DNA from: Octopus vulgaris
Lineage: Eukaryota
DNA: 64,000 nucleotides
NCBI GenBank assembly: GCA_951406725.2
Contig: OX597820.1
Span: forward strand, 67,766,001 to 67,830,000
Reading direction: 5' to 3'
Position 1 is the first letter of the stretch, and the number at the start of each line of letters is the position of its first letter. The notes under the pieces were generated by a model that worked only from the letters and a program-made list of their open reading frames with translations, searched no databases and had not been told where the DNA came from. Shown here piece by piece: positions 11,333-24,344 of the stretch. Made by a program: the position numbers and the translations under genes.

Positions 11333-11593
11333 TATATATATAATTTTGTACATATGCAATTACTTTCTTATATATATACGTATAAAAACATCTATCTATC
11401 TATCTATTTCTATATCGCAGGATAACTCATTTTTTGTCAGCTGAGAGGACTAGAGCTTTTGCTCAGGAACACAACGCATCACCGGTCCAGGAATCGAAAC
11501 CATAAACATGCGATCGTGTTTATTATGCATTTACATCAAACACTAAGATATACTTGAAGATAAAGTCAAATTACCTTCAAATATTTTATTGCG

Positions 11594-12407
11594 TCTGGGG
11601 AGAGTCATTCTCTTTTAGTGTTTATTATTTAACACACTCAAGGTGGTGAGCTGGCAGAAACGTTAGCACGCCGGGCAAAATGCGTAGCCGTATTTCGTCT
11701 GCCGTTACATTGTGAGTTCAAATTCCGCCGAGGTCGACTTTACCTTTCATCCTATCGGGATCGATAAATTAAGTACCAGTTACGAACTGGGGCCGATGTA
11801 ATCGACTTAATCCGTTAGTCTGTCCTTGTTTGTCCTCTCTGTGTTTAGCCCCTTGTGGGTAGTAAAGAAATAGGTATTTCGTCTGCCGTTACGTTCTGAG
11901 TTCAAATTCCGCCGAGATGGACTTTGCCTTCCATCCTTTCGGGGTCGACAAATCAGTTACGCACTGGGGTCGATATAATCGACTTAATCCCTTTGTCTGT
12001 TCTTGCTTGTCCCCTCTATGTTTTGTCCCTTGTGGGCAATAAAGAAATAAGAAACGTTAGCATGCCGGGCGAAATGCTTAGCGGTATTTCGTCTGTCTTT
12101 ACGTTCTGAGTTCAAATTTCGCCAAGGTCAACCTTGACTTTCATTCGATAAATTAAGTATCAGTTGCATACTGGTGTTGATCTACTTGACAGGCCCATCT
12201 ACCCCAAATTTCGGGCCTTATGCCTAGAGTAAAAAAAATTATTTAACACACTCACCGGTAAAGTTTCCACCCATTTACTTATTTATTTTTCCTAAAAAAT
12301 TTCGTTGCGTCTTGCAATCTTTTTAATAGTCGTTGAAAATGGGTAAAACTTTACCGGTGCGTGTGTTAAATAATAAGGCCCTAAAAGAGAATGACTCTTC
12401 CCAGACA
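11594..12407. repeat. Fold-back (inverted) repeat interrupted by a SINE
   Basis: gtctggggagagtcattctcttttag...ttatttaacacactca|ccggtaaagttt is reverse-complementary to aaactttaccggtgcgtgtgttaaataata...ctaaaagagaatgactcttcccagac (12347-12406). Confidence 0.8.
11641..12237 (+). mobile_element. Composite trimeric SINE, family B, with 17-bp TSD
   Basis: Three head-to-tail family B modules. attatttaacacactca occurs at 11624-11640 and 12238-12254. Confidence 0.85.
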
Positions 12408-12761
12408 ACAAAATATGCTTCAATACCCACACTCATATGAAGAATCTTGCAAAGCAAATCCAAAAACGAAGTACATTCAAATATATACACATATATAGTT
12501 TACTCATCACCAGTGTGTTGAACTATGATCACTTTTGCTTTCATCAACGACGTATGAACAGAATCAAAAGTGCATGTCGTGCCGTGTTATATACTTCATG
12601 TATTTCTAAAACCAAGTAATTTCCCCTTTTCTGAATCGTTTCCTTGATTTCCTCTTTGAATTATTTTCAGAGTAACTGTCAAACATTTTTTCATACAATC
12701 CTTATCTTTTTCTCTCCCGCCTCTCTCTCTCCGTCTCTCTCTACCTATCGATCTGTTCTGC

Positions 12762-12847
<86 letters not shown>

Positions 12848-12888
12848 GTCTGCCTGACTGTCCGTCTGACCGACTGTCTGTCTGTCGG

Positions 12889-12925
<37 letters not shown>

Positions 12926-13914
12926 CTTATTCCAGCCAAACACATTTTTCGCAACGTGTGTGTGCACCTCAGTAAACATATCGACATCTGTATGCGCGAA
13001 CGTATGCATGTGTGTGTGTGTGTGAGTGCTTGTGTGTTAGTATGTGTACAGGTGCGTGTGTATCACCCTGTGTGTGTGTGCATACGTGCGTGTGTGCGCT
13101 AGCATGCGTGTGCGTGTCTGTGTGTGTGTATGTGTCTGTGCGTGTGTATGTGTATATGTGTGTGTGTGTGTTCAAGATGAAATTTACTTATAATTTCATG
13201 TCAATTTGACTCATCCCTTCGGCAGGTTCGATTCACTGTTAAAGTAACTAATCAGGATTGAAATAAGTGGATAAGTACGTGAGAAAGAGACAAGAATGAA
13301 AAGAAAATTCTATAATAGAGGAAAAAATATTTCAGTAATAACTGCAATTCTTACGAATAATATGTCATTATAAAGTTGCTTCAAGAAGAACTGTAAACTT
13401 AACTATCCAATATTTTTCAGTGATTCTAGGTTGGGTAATATGTTAAAACGTTAAAATAGAATGTGAAATTTCATCATGGCGTACTTATTTTCCCTTTTTG
13501 TGACCTTCGACGTTAATTAGTTCAATACAATAACTATAGCTATGATAGCCATTTTGTCAAATTGTAATGTTTACCAGGAAAAGGAATGTGGCCTGTAGGA
13601 GTGAGTAGCAGATAATTAAGTCTTTATTGGGAGCAGAATCAAAACGGGTTTAACTGGATGGTGCGCAAATGGGACGTCAGTTCGTATTCGGTTATGGAGT
13701 GTTTATTTCGACCAACCAGAAAGGATCATAACCAAGTGGTTTTGGATTCAGTCCCACTGCGCGACACCTTGAATGAGTATCTGTTGCTACAAAATCGGGC
13801 CCATTTATGACTTGTCAGTGAATTGAATTTGGTAGAGGAAGCGCATCGTCTATCTATTTGTCTGTCTGCCTGTCTCTGTCTGTCTCTGTCTGTCTGCCTG
13901 TCTGTCTGTCTCTC

Positions 13915-13961
<47 letters not shown>

Positions 13962-13964
13962 TCT

Positions 13965-14120
13965 CTCTCTGTTTATTTTCTCGTGTTCCTTTCTGTTGAT
14001 GAGCGTAGGCTCGAAACATAAAAGACTATCTCACCTTCCCGAGCGTTAAACTAATACCCCTGTTTATTGTTTACACACCTGTCTTCGTCTTTTGTTTTTT
14101 TATGTAATTTCCAACTATAT
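13965..14120 (+). mobile_element. Penelope-like terminal repeat fragment with a degenerate hammerhead-like motif
   Basis: ttgatgagcgtaggctcgaaacata at 13996-14020. The same tail (ttgtttacacacct..cttcgtcttttg) recurs at ~17798-17851. Confidence 0.5.
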
Positions 14121-14235
14121 GTATGTATATATATATATATATATATACATATTTATATAAATGTATACATATACATATATGTATATATGTATATATATAT
14201 TCATATATATATATATATATATACATATATATACA

Positions 14236-14275
<40 letters not shown>

Positions 14276-14276
14276 C

Positions 14277-14324
<48 letters not shown>

Positions 14325-14483
14325 GTATTTTCTCGATAAATTTTTGAGCGTTAGACGATATACCAGAAAACCCTATTTTGTCGGGTACGTTCTGAGTCTG
14401 CGCAGTGATTTGAATAGTTTAGAAAGAGCAATTTAATAGACGCATGTGCCTCTATTAATGTGCGCTTCCCATAATAACAGGAA

Positions 14484-14556
14484 TCTTACTGAAGAGCCTA
14501 CCTGAGTAAATAAATATTATTTTTATTGCTGAAATAGGCGAAACTGCAGTCTAAGA
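14484..14556 (+). ncRNA. Type I hammerhead ribozyme
   Basis: Stem I TCTTA/TAAGA, core CTGAAGA, stem II GCCTA/TAGGC, GAAA, palindromic stem III CTGCAG, cleavage triplet GTC (after 14551). Confidence 0.85.
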
Positions 14557-14723
14557 AGAACTAAGTTTGTAAAAGTTTTTAATTTTCATCTCATTAAATT
14601 TATCCAGCTTTTGTGTATCTAGTACACACTTCGCCTTTTAATGTACTTATATATGAATAATATATGGCGTGTCCTAGAACACCAGCGATAATAATTAATT
14701 TTATTGTATCGCATTTGACTTTG

Positions 14724-14791
<68 letters not shown>

Positions 14792-14825
14792 GTGTATGCA
14801 TATGTATATATATATATATATATAT

Positions 14826-15122
14826 ATTTCTTTACTACCCACAAGGGGCTAAACACAGAGGGGACAAACAAGGACAGACAAAGGGATTAAGTCGACCTGG
14901 GCGGAGGCCGCCACCACCACTTGACAACCGGTGCTGGTTTGTTTATACCCCATTAACTTTGAGGCCCGGTAAAAGAAACCGATGAAATAAGTGCCGGACT
15001 TTAAAATGATTAAATACTGGCGGTGGTGGGGTCTATCTTTTCGGCTAAAACCCTTCAAGACTGAGCGAGCCATGACATTGCCGCCGTGCAATGACTGAAA
15101 CACGTAAACGGTAAAAGATTTA
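14826..15122. mobile_element. Adjacent SINE fragments: family B 3' end (minus) and family A-like 3' half (plus)
   Basis: tatttctttactacccacaagggg...gtcgac followed by cttgacaaccggtgctgg...gactgaaac. Confidence 0.7.
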
Positions 15123-16200
15123 AAAAAAATCATGCATTTTGTCCTGTTGTGAAATACTGATCCTTGTTGGCATATGGAATATTGAAAACACAGGTATTCG
15201 TTTCGTATGCCCAGGAAGGATCAAAAGCAAAAAGAATTTGAATTCAACGTAAAATGTAACTCTATAAAACAAGACAATCTTAATCACATTAAATGTAAGT
15301 TATTCGTGGTGGTACTCAGCCAAGTGTGAGAGAATCACAGTGAAAGTCATTGCAAATTTACCTTTCTTTTATTCATTCTCAGACGTCGCTTCAGACTATA
15401 TTAACCAACATCACGTGATATTTTAAAAATTAGTAATTTGAAGAAGACTTAACCGCTAATTATGCACACTTATTTAGGCAAACTGACAGGGTCGTGAGGC
15501 AAGTACTTTCTTCAATGGCTTTATCTCAAATTGTTTCTGCATGTCAGTCAAAACTTTTATGGTTGTTATTTCAGGCAGGTCCTCTCGAATTCAAACTTTT
15601 CTGGTTAAGTGTAGACGAGAAACATTCAGAAACAAAGGGTTTAAATAAAAGTGGTGTGTCAACTTTATTTGTGAGAAACGTTAGAAATTTTGATTACAGG
15701 AAATGAGTTTGATTTTCGAGCTGAAACACCATTATTTCCATAGTGGTTGAAAAAAGTGTTTTTAAAATATTGCTTTAATAACAACGCTATTTCAAAAGGC
15801 GGCGGTTCTTAGAGTGACACATCTTTTTGTATGAAGCTTAATGTAAAAGTAAATTGAAAGCAAAGACATTTGGCGTATTCTAACGAAAGCCAAAAATGTA
15901 ATGAAAAACTTGCACTAGAAAGCCATTTTTTAAACGTATTTGTCGCACAGTTTAAAAAAAAAAACTTCATATGAGTTGTATTGATGGCCCTCGTATGTTA
16001 TTTCAAAATATATTTCAAAATATATTCAGGGAACAGATAATTCAAGAGAAAACGGAGTTGAATTAACAGCTGGACGAGTGGATACATAAACCCAAATCAG
16101 TGGTAAATAGAGTCTTTCAGTTTTCAAGTATTAATAAATACTCCACATTTACGTAACTGAGTTTAGTAGTTTATCGTATCTTGATAAACCAACAATATAA

Positions 16201-16281
<81 letters not shown>

Positions 16282-16891
16282 CTCTCTCTGTGGCTGTGTG
16301 GTAAGTAGCTAGCTTACCAACCACATGGTTCCCAGTTCAGTCCCACTGTGTGGCACCTTAGGCAAGTGTCTTCTACTATAGCCTCGGGCACGCGCGCACG
16401 CGCGCACACACACACACAAACACTCACACATTTATAGATGTTACATAAACTATCTATTACGATTGTTCTAGTTTTCTACGCTACCTTCAACAACCACAAA
16501 TGCTGTCTAGGTCCTATTATATACCTTTTGGTCAACTGAAGATGATGGGAGCATGTGAAACATTAGACCTTATGCTTGGAACATATTTAGTTAAATAATT
16601 ATAAAAATAGGTTTGACCGACATATCTTGTACTAATTGCGTCTCTTCATGTCCTTTCCTCTTACATTTTTGTGTACGCATCAGAAAGTTATCACAGAAAC
16701 ACTGACTCCAACATATTCCAACATACTCCATATCTGTTATATCATTCGCTTATATACATAGGTAAACGTGTGCATATTTTAAATGCATATGCAGTACAAA
16801 TAGATAGATAGTTATATATATATGTGTGTGTTTGTGTGTGTATATATATATATATAGAGAGAGAGAAAGAGTGAGAGAGAGAGACAATCCT

Positions 16892-16942
<51 letters not shown>

Positions 16943-16959
16943 GATGGTTGAAGAACATC

Positions 16960-17285
16960 ATGCACTCAGACAAATTTATACTTTAGCTAATGACCAATGA
17001 GTCCAATTCCTGATAAACATATACGTTCGCAGATATTACAGGCCAAGCTTTCTCGATTCAATACAACTGCATTACTTAAATTTTGCTCAAAGAAATGCAC
17101 GATTTTTCGAAATTCTCATTCTTTCCTTTACTTGTTTCCACCTCTGATGGCGTTGACAGACATTGTTTTCATAACCGACCTCCTATATTTCATATGCCTT
17201 CAGCGAGGAGTCTATACAATCTTTAAATCGGGGTCTTGGTCTTTCCACAAACAATTTCGTCATATAGTATCTGCTTAGGGTTCCT
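16960..17285 (-). pseudogene. RTE-clade LINE 3' remnant
   Basis: Minus-strand translation gives PKQILYDEIVCG and, after a frameshift, RPRPRFKDCI, resembling the RTE C-terminal motif. Confidence 0.55.
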
Positions 17286-17668
17286 CCGAATATTCAATTG
17301 GACAAGGTACCCAACTTAACGCAAATGGTACACAGGACATCAGTTCCCCTCAAGACCTCTGTGTTTGGAGTCCGAAAGGACCAGTCAACATTCAGAATGC
17401 CTCTCGGACGTCTCTGAAAGTAGTGTTCAAGGACCCCTAAATAAAGCCTGTAAAGGACCCATGTCTCACAAGAGTAAAAGAGCTACGTCAGCAAACACGC
17501 TCGGTACATAATAACTTCTGAAGTCTTAAAGACATTTCATCCGCCAAGGAGCAAGAATAGCTGAGTTTACTACTCAGGTTGACAAACTTGTCAACTACTT
17601 TCATTATTGTTCATTCGACTAATGGGTTTAATGGGGCATGCTGAATCATTACAACATTCTTTGAAACG

Positions 17669-17790
17669 CTAATTACATCATTTCATGACGGGACAGAGGC
17701 ATGGGTTAATGTCGGTGGTGGCACAGTGAGATTCATTCCTATAGGGAATGGTGTCAAACAAGGTGACATCGTTGCCCCAACTCACTTCTT
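17669..17790 (+). pseudogene. RTE-clade reverse transcriptase fragment
   Basis: Translates as LITSFHDGTEAWVNVGG...IGNGVKQGDIVAPTHF (RT motif GVKQG..LAP.LF). Confidence 0.7.
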
Positions 17791-17846
17791 GCATGTTTGT
17801 TGTTTACACACCTATCTTCGTCTTTTGTTTTTTTTTTGTAAATTCC

Positions 17847-17903
<57 letters not shown>

Positions 17904-18026
17904 TCCTCCGAATATTCATTAGGACAATGTATCTAAATGCCAAGTTCGAGAAACGAACGAAAGCGCTAATAATAATGAATAAATAAAAAGATTTTTACCA
18001 AAATTCTGGCGACCTTTTTTCTCAAG

Positions 18027-18083
<57 letters not shown>

Positions 18084-18696
18084 AAAGTTACTGATATAAT
18101 ACCAGAAATGCAGTGAATGGCAGTGAACATTTTGGCGATCTTTTGCGTGCGCTTGAGATCATAGCATTTCCACATTCTTGAATCTGAGACTGTATATTTT
18201 GTACTGGTTTCTCTCTAGATCATGTCAGCAAGGTAGAGAGGATCTGTGAGGGGTTGTACAAGACTTATAGAACCTAAAATCTCAGATTGTATATTCACCG
18301 GTAAGGTGGCTTTCTGATGCCCGGTTGAGCAGGAGGGCGCCGTGGAGAGCATACCTCTGCGGACGAGAACTCGTGAGAAGCCGACTAATGGTGCAATAAC
18401 CTTTTTTATGCATAGGTATTGCTGAACATTTAGCATGAGAAATGGTCAGTGATGTATGTCTCTCTTTTCTGAAGAAAAAGCTCATTTATTTTATTTATGT
18501 ATGCATGTTTCTATGTATACATTCACATACAAAAGCGCGCGCCCACACATCACACACGTACACACACGTACACACACGTACACACACATATTTAGAGATG
18601 CGCGCACACACACATATAAATATATATATACACACACATGTAAATATATATATATACACAAACACAAATATATATGCATACACATATATTAGCCTC

Positions 18697-19050
18697 AGGC
18701 TTGGCTGTGTGGTAAGAAGCTTGCTTCCCAACCAATTGTTCCGGGTTCAGTATCGTTGCATGTCATCTCGGGCCGACCAAAGCCTTGTGAGTGGATTTGG
18801 TAGACGGAAACTGAAAAAAGTCTGTCATATATATGTGTGTGTGTGTGTGTCTGTGTTTGTACCCCCACCATCATTTGACAACTGATTTTGGTGTGTTTAC
18901 GTCCCCGTAATCTAGCGGTTCAGCGAAAGAGACCGATAGAATAAGTTCTAAGCTTACAAAGAATAAGTTCTGGGGTCAATTTGTGACTATTGAAGGCGGT
19001 GTTCAGCATGGCTGCAGTCAAGTGACTGAAACACATAAAAGAATAAAAAA
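18697..19050 (+). mobile_element. SINE family A with an internal deletion
   Basis: Head ggctgtgtggtaagaagcttgcttcccaacc through to the tail gactgaaac...aaaagaataaaa. Confidence 0.85.
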
Positions 19051-19114
19051 AAAAGAATAAAATAATATAAATATGTATACACACACACATTTATCAGCTC
19101 TATATTTACATATT

Positions 19115-19419
19115 GTGGAGGCGCAATGGCCTAGTGGTTAGGGCAGCGGACTCGCGGTCGTAGGATCACGGTTTCGATTCCCAGACCGGGCGTTGTGAGT
19201 GTTTATTGAGCGAAAACACCTAAAAGCTCCACGAGGCTCCGGCAGGGGGTGGTGATCCCTGCTGTACTCTTTCACCACTATTTCTTTCACTCTTTCTTCT
19301 CTTGGCCTGCTCGCTTAGCCAGCGGGGTGGCGTCATTCGAAGGCTAAAACAATGCAAATGCATTGTGACCAGCGATGTGTAACAACATCTGATGGTCTGG
19401 TCGGTCACGTGATCACATG
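19115..19419 (+). mobile_element. tRNA-derived SINE, family C, with 13-bp TSD
   Basis: tRNA-like head tggcctagtggttagggcagcggactcgcggtc...ggtttcgattccc. atatttacatatt occurs at 19102-19114 and 19420-19432. Confidence 0.85.
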
Positions 19420-20054
19420 ATATTTACATATTAGATACCCGCAAATAAATGCATAACTGTATGCTTTACTTTAAAGTTTTTTTTCAATTGAGACCACTCT
19501 TCACTCCTTTTATTCAAATTCATTAATATTTTTGAGTAGGTATAGTTTTTCAATTTATCTGAGTGTTTAAAATTTTAATTCCATTAAAAATATGTACAGT
19601 CCACGTTAATATAATCGTACAAAATAAAAAAAAAAATTAATTATCTGCTTCTTGTTTGAAAAGAATGCAGGTAGAAATTAATTCATCTTGGCCGGTGGGA
19701 GAGACCTTGGTTATCTCCCTTGCTTTGCAACTTTTGCTAAGTTTCGTAACTATCTCTGTCAGTCATATCGTTTACGAACAACTCCTTCCTCTGACTACTG
19801 TCTTCTGAAGACTACTAACGCGATACAACTGCTGCAGTTCACTTTGGCCACTTTCGCTATTAATGCCATACACACTTACAAACGTGCACTCACGCCCAAT
19901 GGCGAGCGCACACACACTGCACATTGCATCTGTACATATAAGCGTATATACATGCATGTATACATGTATACACGTACGCGTTCATACTTACACACTTTCT
20001 CTACGTATATATATATATATTTATACATACATGCACGCATATACGCATATATGT

Positions 20055-20487
20055 ACATACGTATGTATGTATGTATGTATGTATGTATGTATGTATGTAT
20101 GTATGTATGTATGTATGTATGCATGCATGCATGCATGTATGTATGTATGTATGTATGTATGTATGTATGTATGTATGTATGTATGTATGCATGCATGCAT
20201 GCATGCATGTATGTATGTATGTATGTATGTATGCATGCATGCATCCATGTATGTATGTATGTATGTATGTATGAAGTATTTAAGCGTGCTGCTCGAAAGC
20301 GCACTGCTAGTGTAGTGAGCGGGTAAAGCTTGGTTTGCAATGTTTGCAGTCGTGTATACCTGTAAAGAGCAGGGCTCATTAGTCACCAACGGAGCCGCAA
20401 ATGCTAAATATAAGTCAGTCCTAGATCGCACAATGTTCCTATAGGTCAGCAATGGTCTTCCTCGATCACGTGTGGACGGCCATCATG

Positions 20488-20574
<87 letters not shown>

Positions 20575-20788
20575 TTTCGTAGAACGTACGTACGTACCTA
20601 TCTACTCACCTCCTTCCTCACCTACTGTCTGTCTATCTATCAATCTATCTCCCTATCAACCTACCTACCTACCTACCTACCTACCTACCTACCTACCTAC
20701 CTACCTACCTACCTACCTACCTACCTACCTACCTGCCTGCCTACCTTCCTACCTACCTGCCTATATACCAACTTACCTACCTATCTAG

Positions 20789-20855
<67 letters not shown>

Positions 20856-20900
20856 ATATCTATCTATCTATCTATCTGTCTATCTATCTATCGATATGTA
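20055..20900. repeat. Tetranucleotide microsatellite cluster (TATG/CATG)n, (TATC)n, (TACC)n, (TGTC)n
   Basis: Directly visible. A ~200-bp unique segment (20275-20478) lies inside the cluster. Confidence 0.95.
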
Positions 20901-22200
20901 TGATCGGTGATCTAGACGGAAAAATCGATATTTAGATCAGGAAAATTGAATAAAAAATGATGAACGTGTATAGCATATTAAAAAAGAACTCAATAAAACT
21001 GAACTAACAAATATTTTTTTGGTTTTAAAACAAAATCTGTGTTTCTACGATAACTTTCTGATGCTCCCTGCATTAAATATGCGTACACAAAAATTTACGA
21101 TGAAATTAGTACAAGATTGTTTAAGTAAAAACTTCGAAACATCTGTTAATAAATTTCGTACATTAATACGCCGTTTTCTTTAAATATAATAAAAGATTGA
21201 CCCATTATTGTAACGTAGTTTCTGGCTGACCATTTTTCTCTCTTCTCTCTTAGTGCTCTTCTGGGGCCTCATTACATTTGTGTTTCTTATACCATGGTTC
21301 CACTGGTTATCTTGGTGCGTACGATTTAAGGCTGCAGAAAATCTATAATGTTTGAGTGTCTTCATAAATATGTTATTCAGACTATCATACACAAGTATTA
21401 GTAAAAAAAAAAAAAAGGTAACCAACATTAAAATTTATTAGGGTGTAGGGATGGGATGTACCAATCCTTTTAGCTGGAACTGCGTTCGCAAATTAATAAG
21501 TTGGTGTTTCTTTCGTAGATCTGCGTGATAAAGTGTTCGTTTTATGATCATATAATCTTAGGATCAACTTATTGAGAAATGTACTTCAATTCACGTTGTC
21601 TCAGTTAACTCTGCTGTTGTGAGTATCATCCCCATTCTAGTGAATTCCCTTCTTTCTCTAACTATTGTTACATACCAGTTCTTTTATTTGAGTGAAATGC
21701 GAGGGGGTTGAGAGCATGTCTATGTCTGCTTGCAACTATCTAGACCATTAATTCATGGTACAAGGTGGCTAGAGCTACTCGCTCGCGAATGACGGTTGGG
21801 TGAATTGTACTTTTTGCGTTATTCTGATAATGAACTGAACTTAGTTCTCACTGGGGTCAGCTTTGCATTTTATCTTCATAGGGTTCGACAAAATAAGTAC
21901 AAGTCTCGATATAACAAACCGTTGCTGCTCGACAAAAATAGCTTTGTATTTACAGTATGTTAAAAAATAGTTATCATTGTTTACATAGGAAAGCAGAATG
22001 GATCAAGTGACACTTAATAAAAATCTTGCTGTTTTTAATTTCTGTTCTTTACGTTCTGAGTTCATAACGGCCGACCATCAAATTGACCACCATCGCTTCC
22101 AAAGCCGATAAGAATAAATAGCACTTAAATAGAAAGAGCTATTAGATCATCTACTATATCGTTCTTCCAAATTACTTTCTTGGTGCCAATGTTAAAAATC

Positions 22201-22377
<177 letters not shown>

Positions 22378-23229
22378 GGTAGACTGGTAGAATTGTAGGA
22401 GTTTTGAATACGTTTTACCGTTTTTATTCACGACCCTTTATTTCATATCCTAGCAAAGTCAACTCTACCAGTCATCATTCTGAGGAGGTTAAAATAAGAA
22501 CCTGTCAAATTCTGGATTAGGCTTAATCGACTCCTTTACTTTTGAGACCTCGTGACTATGCTAAAAATAATTATTAAATAATTATAAATGACAACAATTT
22601 TTGAAGGAGGTCACTTGGCTGAGTTATTTGGAACGGTTCTCTACGCTCTGAGTTCAAATCCAACTTAGATCATCTTTGCCTTTCTGGATCGGTAGAATGC
22701 AAGTCCATCGCTGTGAATAGATGAAATTATCGGAGCACCTGACGATGCGCTTTGATGAATTTGTTTCCGGCTCTTTGTATTCCGAATTCAAATTTCGTGT
22801 GCATATTACTGACTAATATATGATCATAGAAACGGCTAATTCAATCTACACTTGGGTGTAAGCATGGCCAAGTAAACTTGGGTCTCCAAGCAGAGATGTT
22901 CTTATTGAATATATGATTTGTTTTACAAAACATTTCGGATATGATTCACCAATATTACATTCTTGATTGTAGCATTTGGAAACATGTTGGGATTGATATA
23001 AAGAAGATGCGAGGCCTAGCGGTTAGGGTGTTGTACTCTCCATCATATGATTGAAGTTACGATTCTCGGACTGGGCAGTGCGTTATGTTCTTGAATAAAA
23101 TACTTTATTTCATGTTACTCCAGTCAGAGGGAAAGTTGTAATCTTATACGCTATGACACTGGGTATCCGTCCATTTGAGTCAAAGGACTCGAGACAGTAG
23201 TGATCAGAGACTGATGATGACGATGATGA

Positions 23230-23870
23230 TAATGATTAATGGCGTAAAGGAACGGTCTGTACTCATGGATTTTGTAACACTTTACCCACCAAAGACGGTA
23301 AAATCCTTGCTGTTAATGGTCCTGTTTGGACATTTGCAATTTGAATGCTGTTGGAGGAAATTTCAGAGACCCAACTTTTCGACAAGAAAAAAACTACAAC
23401 CAGTGACAAGCGTGGAGCTTTTTAGGGGTGGAGTGTTGAACACAAAATGGTTGACGATAAAATGGGAAACGATTGAGTGGTGAGTGATTAAGTGGAAGTG
23501 CCACTTAACCGTCCAACTTCAACTTCTAGGAGTAGAGGTGGTTGTAGTAATAGTTGAAATGATAAAAAGAAGAGACAGTACGTCTGTGAATCAGAAGTTG
23601 GAGTATATTTGTGAGAGACTCTATGTTAATCAGTTAGGCTGACTTATTTTCGGTTGCCTTACTTTAGGATATCTATTTGTGTATCAGCAGCATTGTCCCA
23701 CATTATACAGGGTTTACTATTCGCAGAGGTTTAGTATTTATTGAGAATTGAAATAAGTTCTGGTTCTGAAGAAGGGAACCAGTTTTTACTATGTTCAATA
23801 TTTGAATTATTCAGAAGTAATATTCAGCAACAGTGATACTTGAAGCGGTTTTGAGTCTCTCAGGAGTGCG
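23230..23870 (-). pseudogene. Possible highly decayed Penelope-like reverse transcriptase remnant
   Basis: Minus strand near 23240-23330 gives GPLTARIY...VPLR in shifted frames, reminiscent of Penelope RT (ARIYGLPK.HK...PLRPI). Confidence 0.3.
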
Positions 23871-23885
23871 GTAGTTCATTTAGAA

Positions 23886-24285
23886 CAGTGTTCTCAAACA
23901 GGATCCACACGAAAGTTGGGTGTGTGTGTGTATGTGACCCTTGGGTGGTGTCTAAGTGGCCCTTGGAGGTCTGTGGTCCTTGGGGATCTATGTGGAACTT
24001 GGGATCTATGTGGACCTTGGGAGTCTATGTGACGCTTGAGGTCTATGTGGCCCTTGGGGTGTATGCTGTCCTTGGGGGTCTATATAAGATTTTGTTCAAA
24101 TCTTCTGCTATGAATTGGTTATAGTTCTACAATGAACTTTTAACGCTTTTTCTAATACAATTCTTAATAATATTCAGTCATAAAAAGATGATATGATTTC
24201 TTTTACCTCGAATGGCTATGGGAGTTTAGCAGAGGGAAATAGGAATCAAAGGTGACCATAGGTATAACAATTAAGAAATAATGTC
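23886..24285. mobile_element. Probable hAT-type MITE carrying a ~19-bp minisatellite
   Basis: Starts with cagtgttctcaaac (hAT/Charlie-like TIR). About 8 units of ccttgggg(a)tctatgtgg at 23935-24085. The right end is degenerate. Confidence 0.5.
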
Positions 24286-24344
24286 TTGATTATATGCATA
24301 TTGATTGAGTCTTTCTGCATTTGTAGAAGGAAACAAATATAGCA

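Noticed and set aside
19115-19190. Possible tRNA gene
   Set aside because: It is the head of a SINE with a body and TSD. No closed acceptor stem or Pol III terminator.
23935-24085. CRISPR-like array
   Set aside because: Head-to-tail degenerate units without unique spacers, no cas genes, and eukaryotic context.
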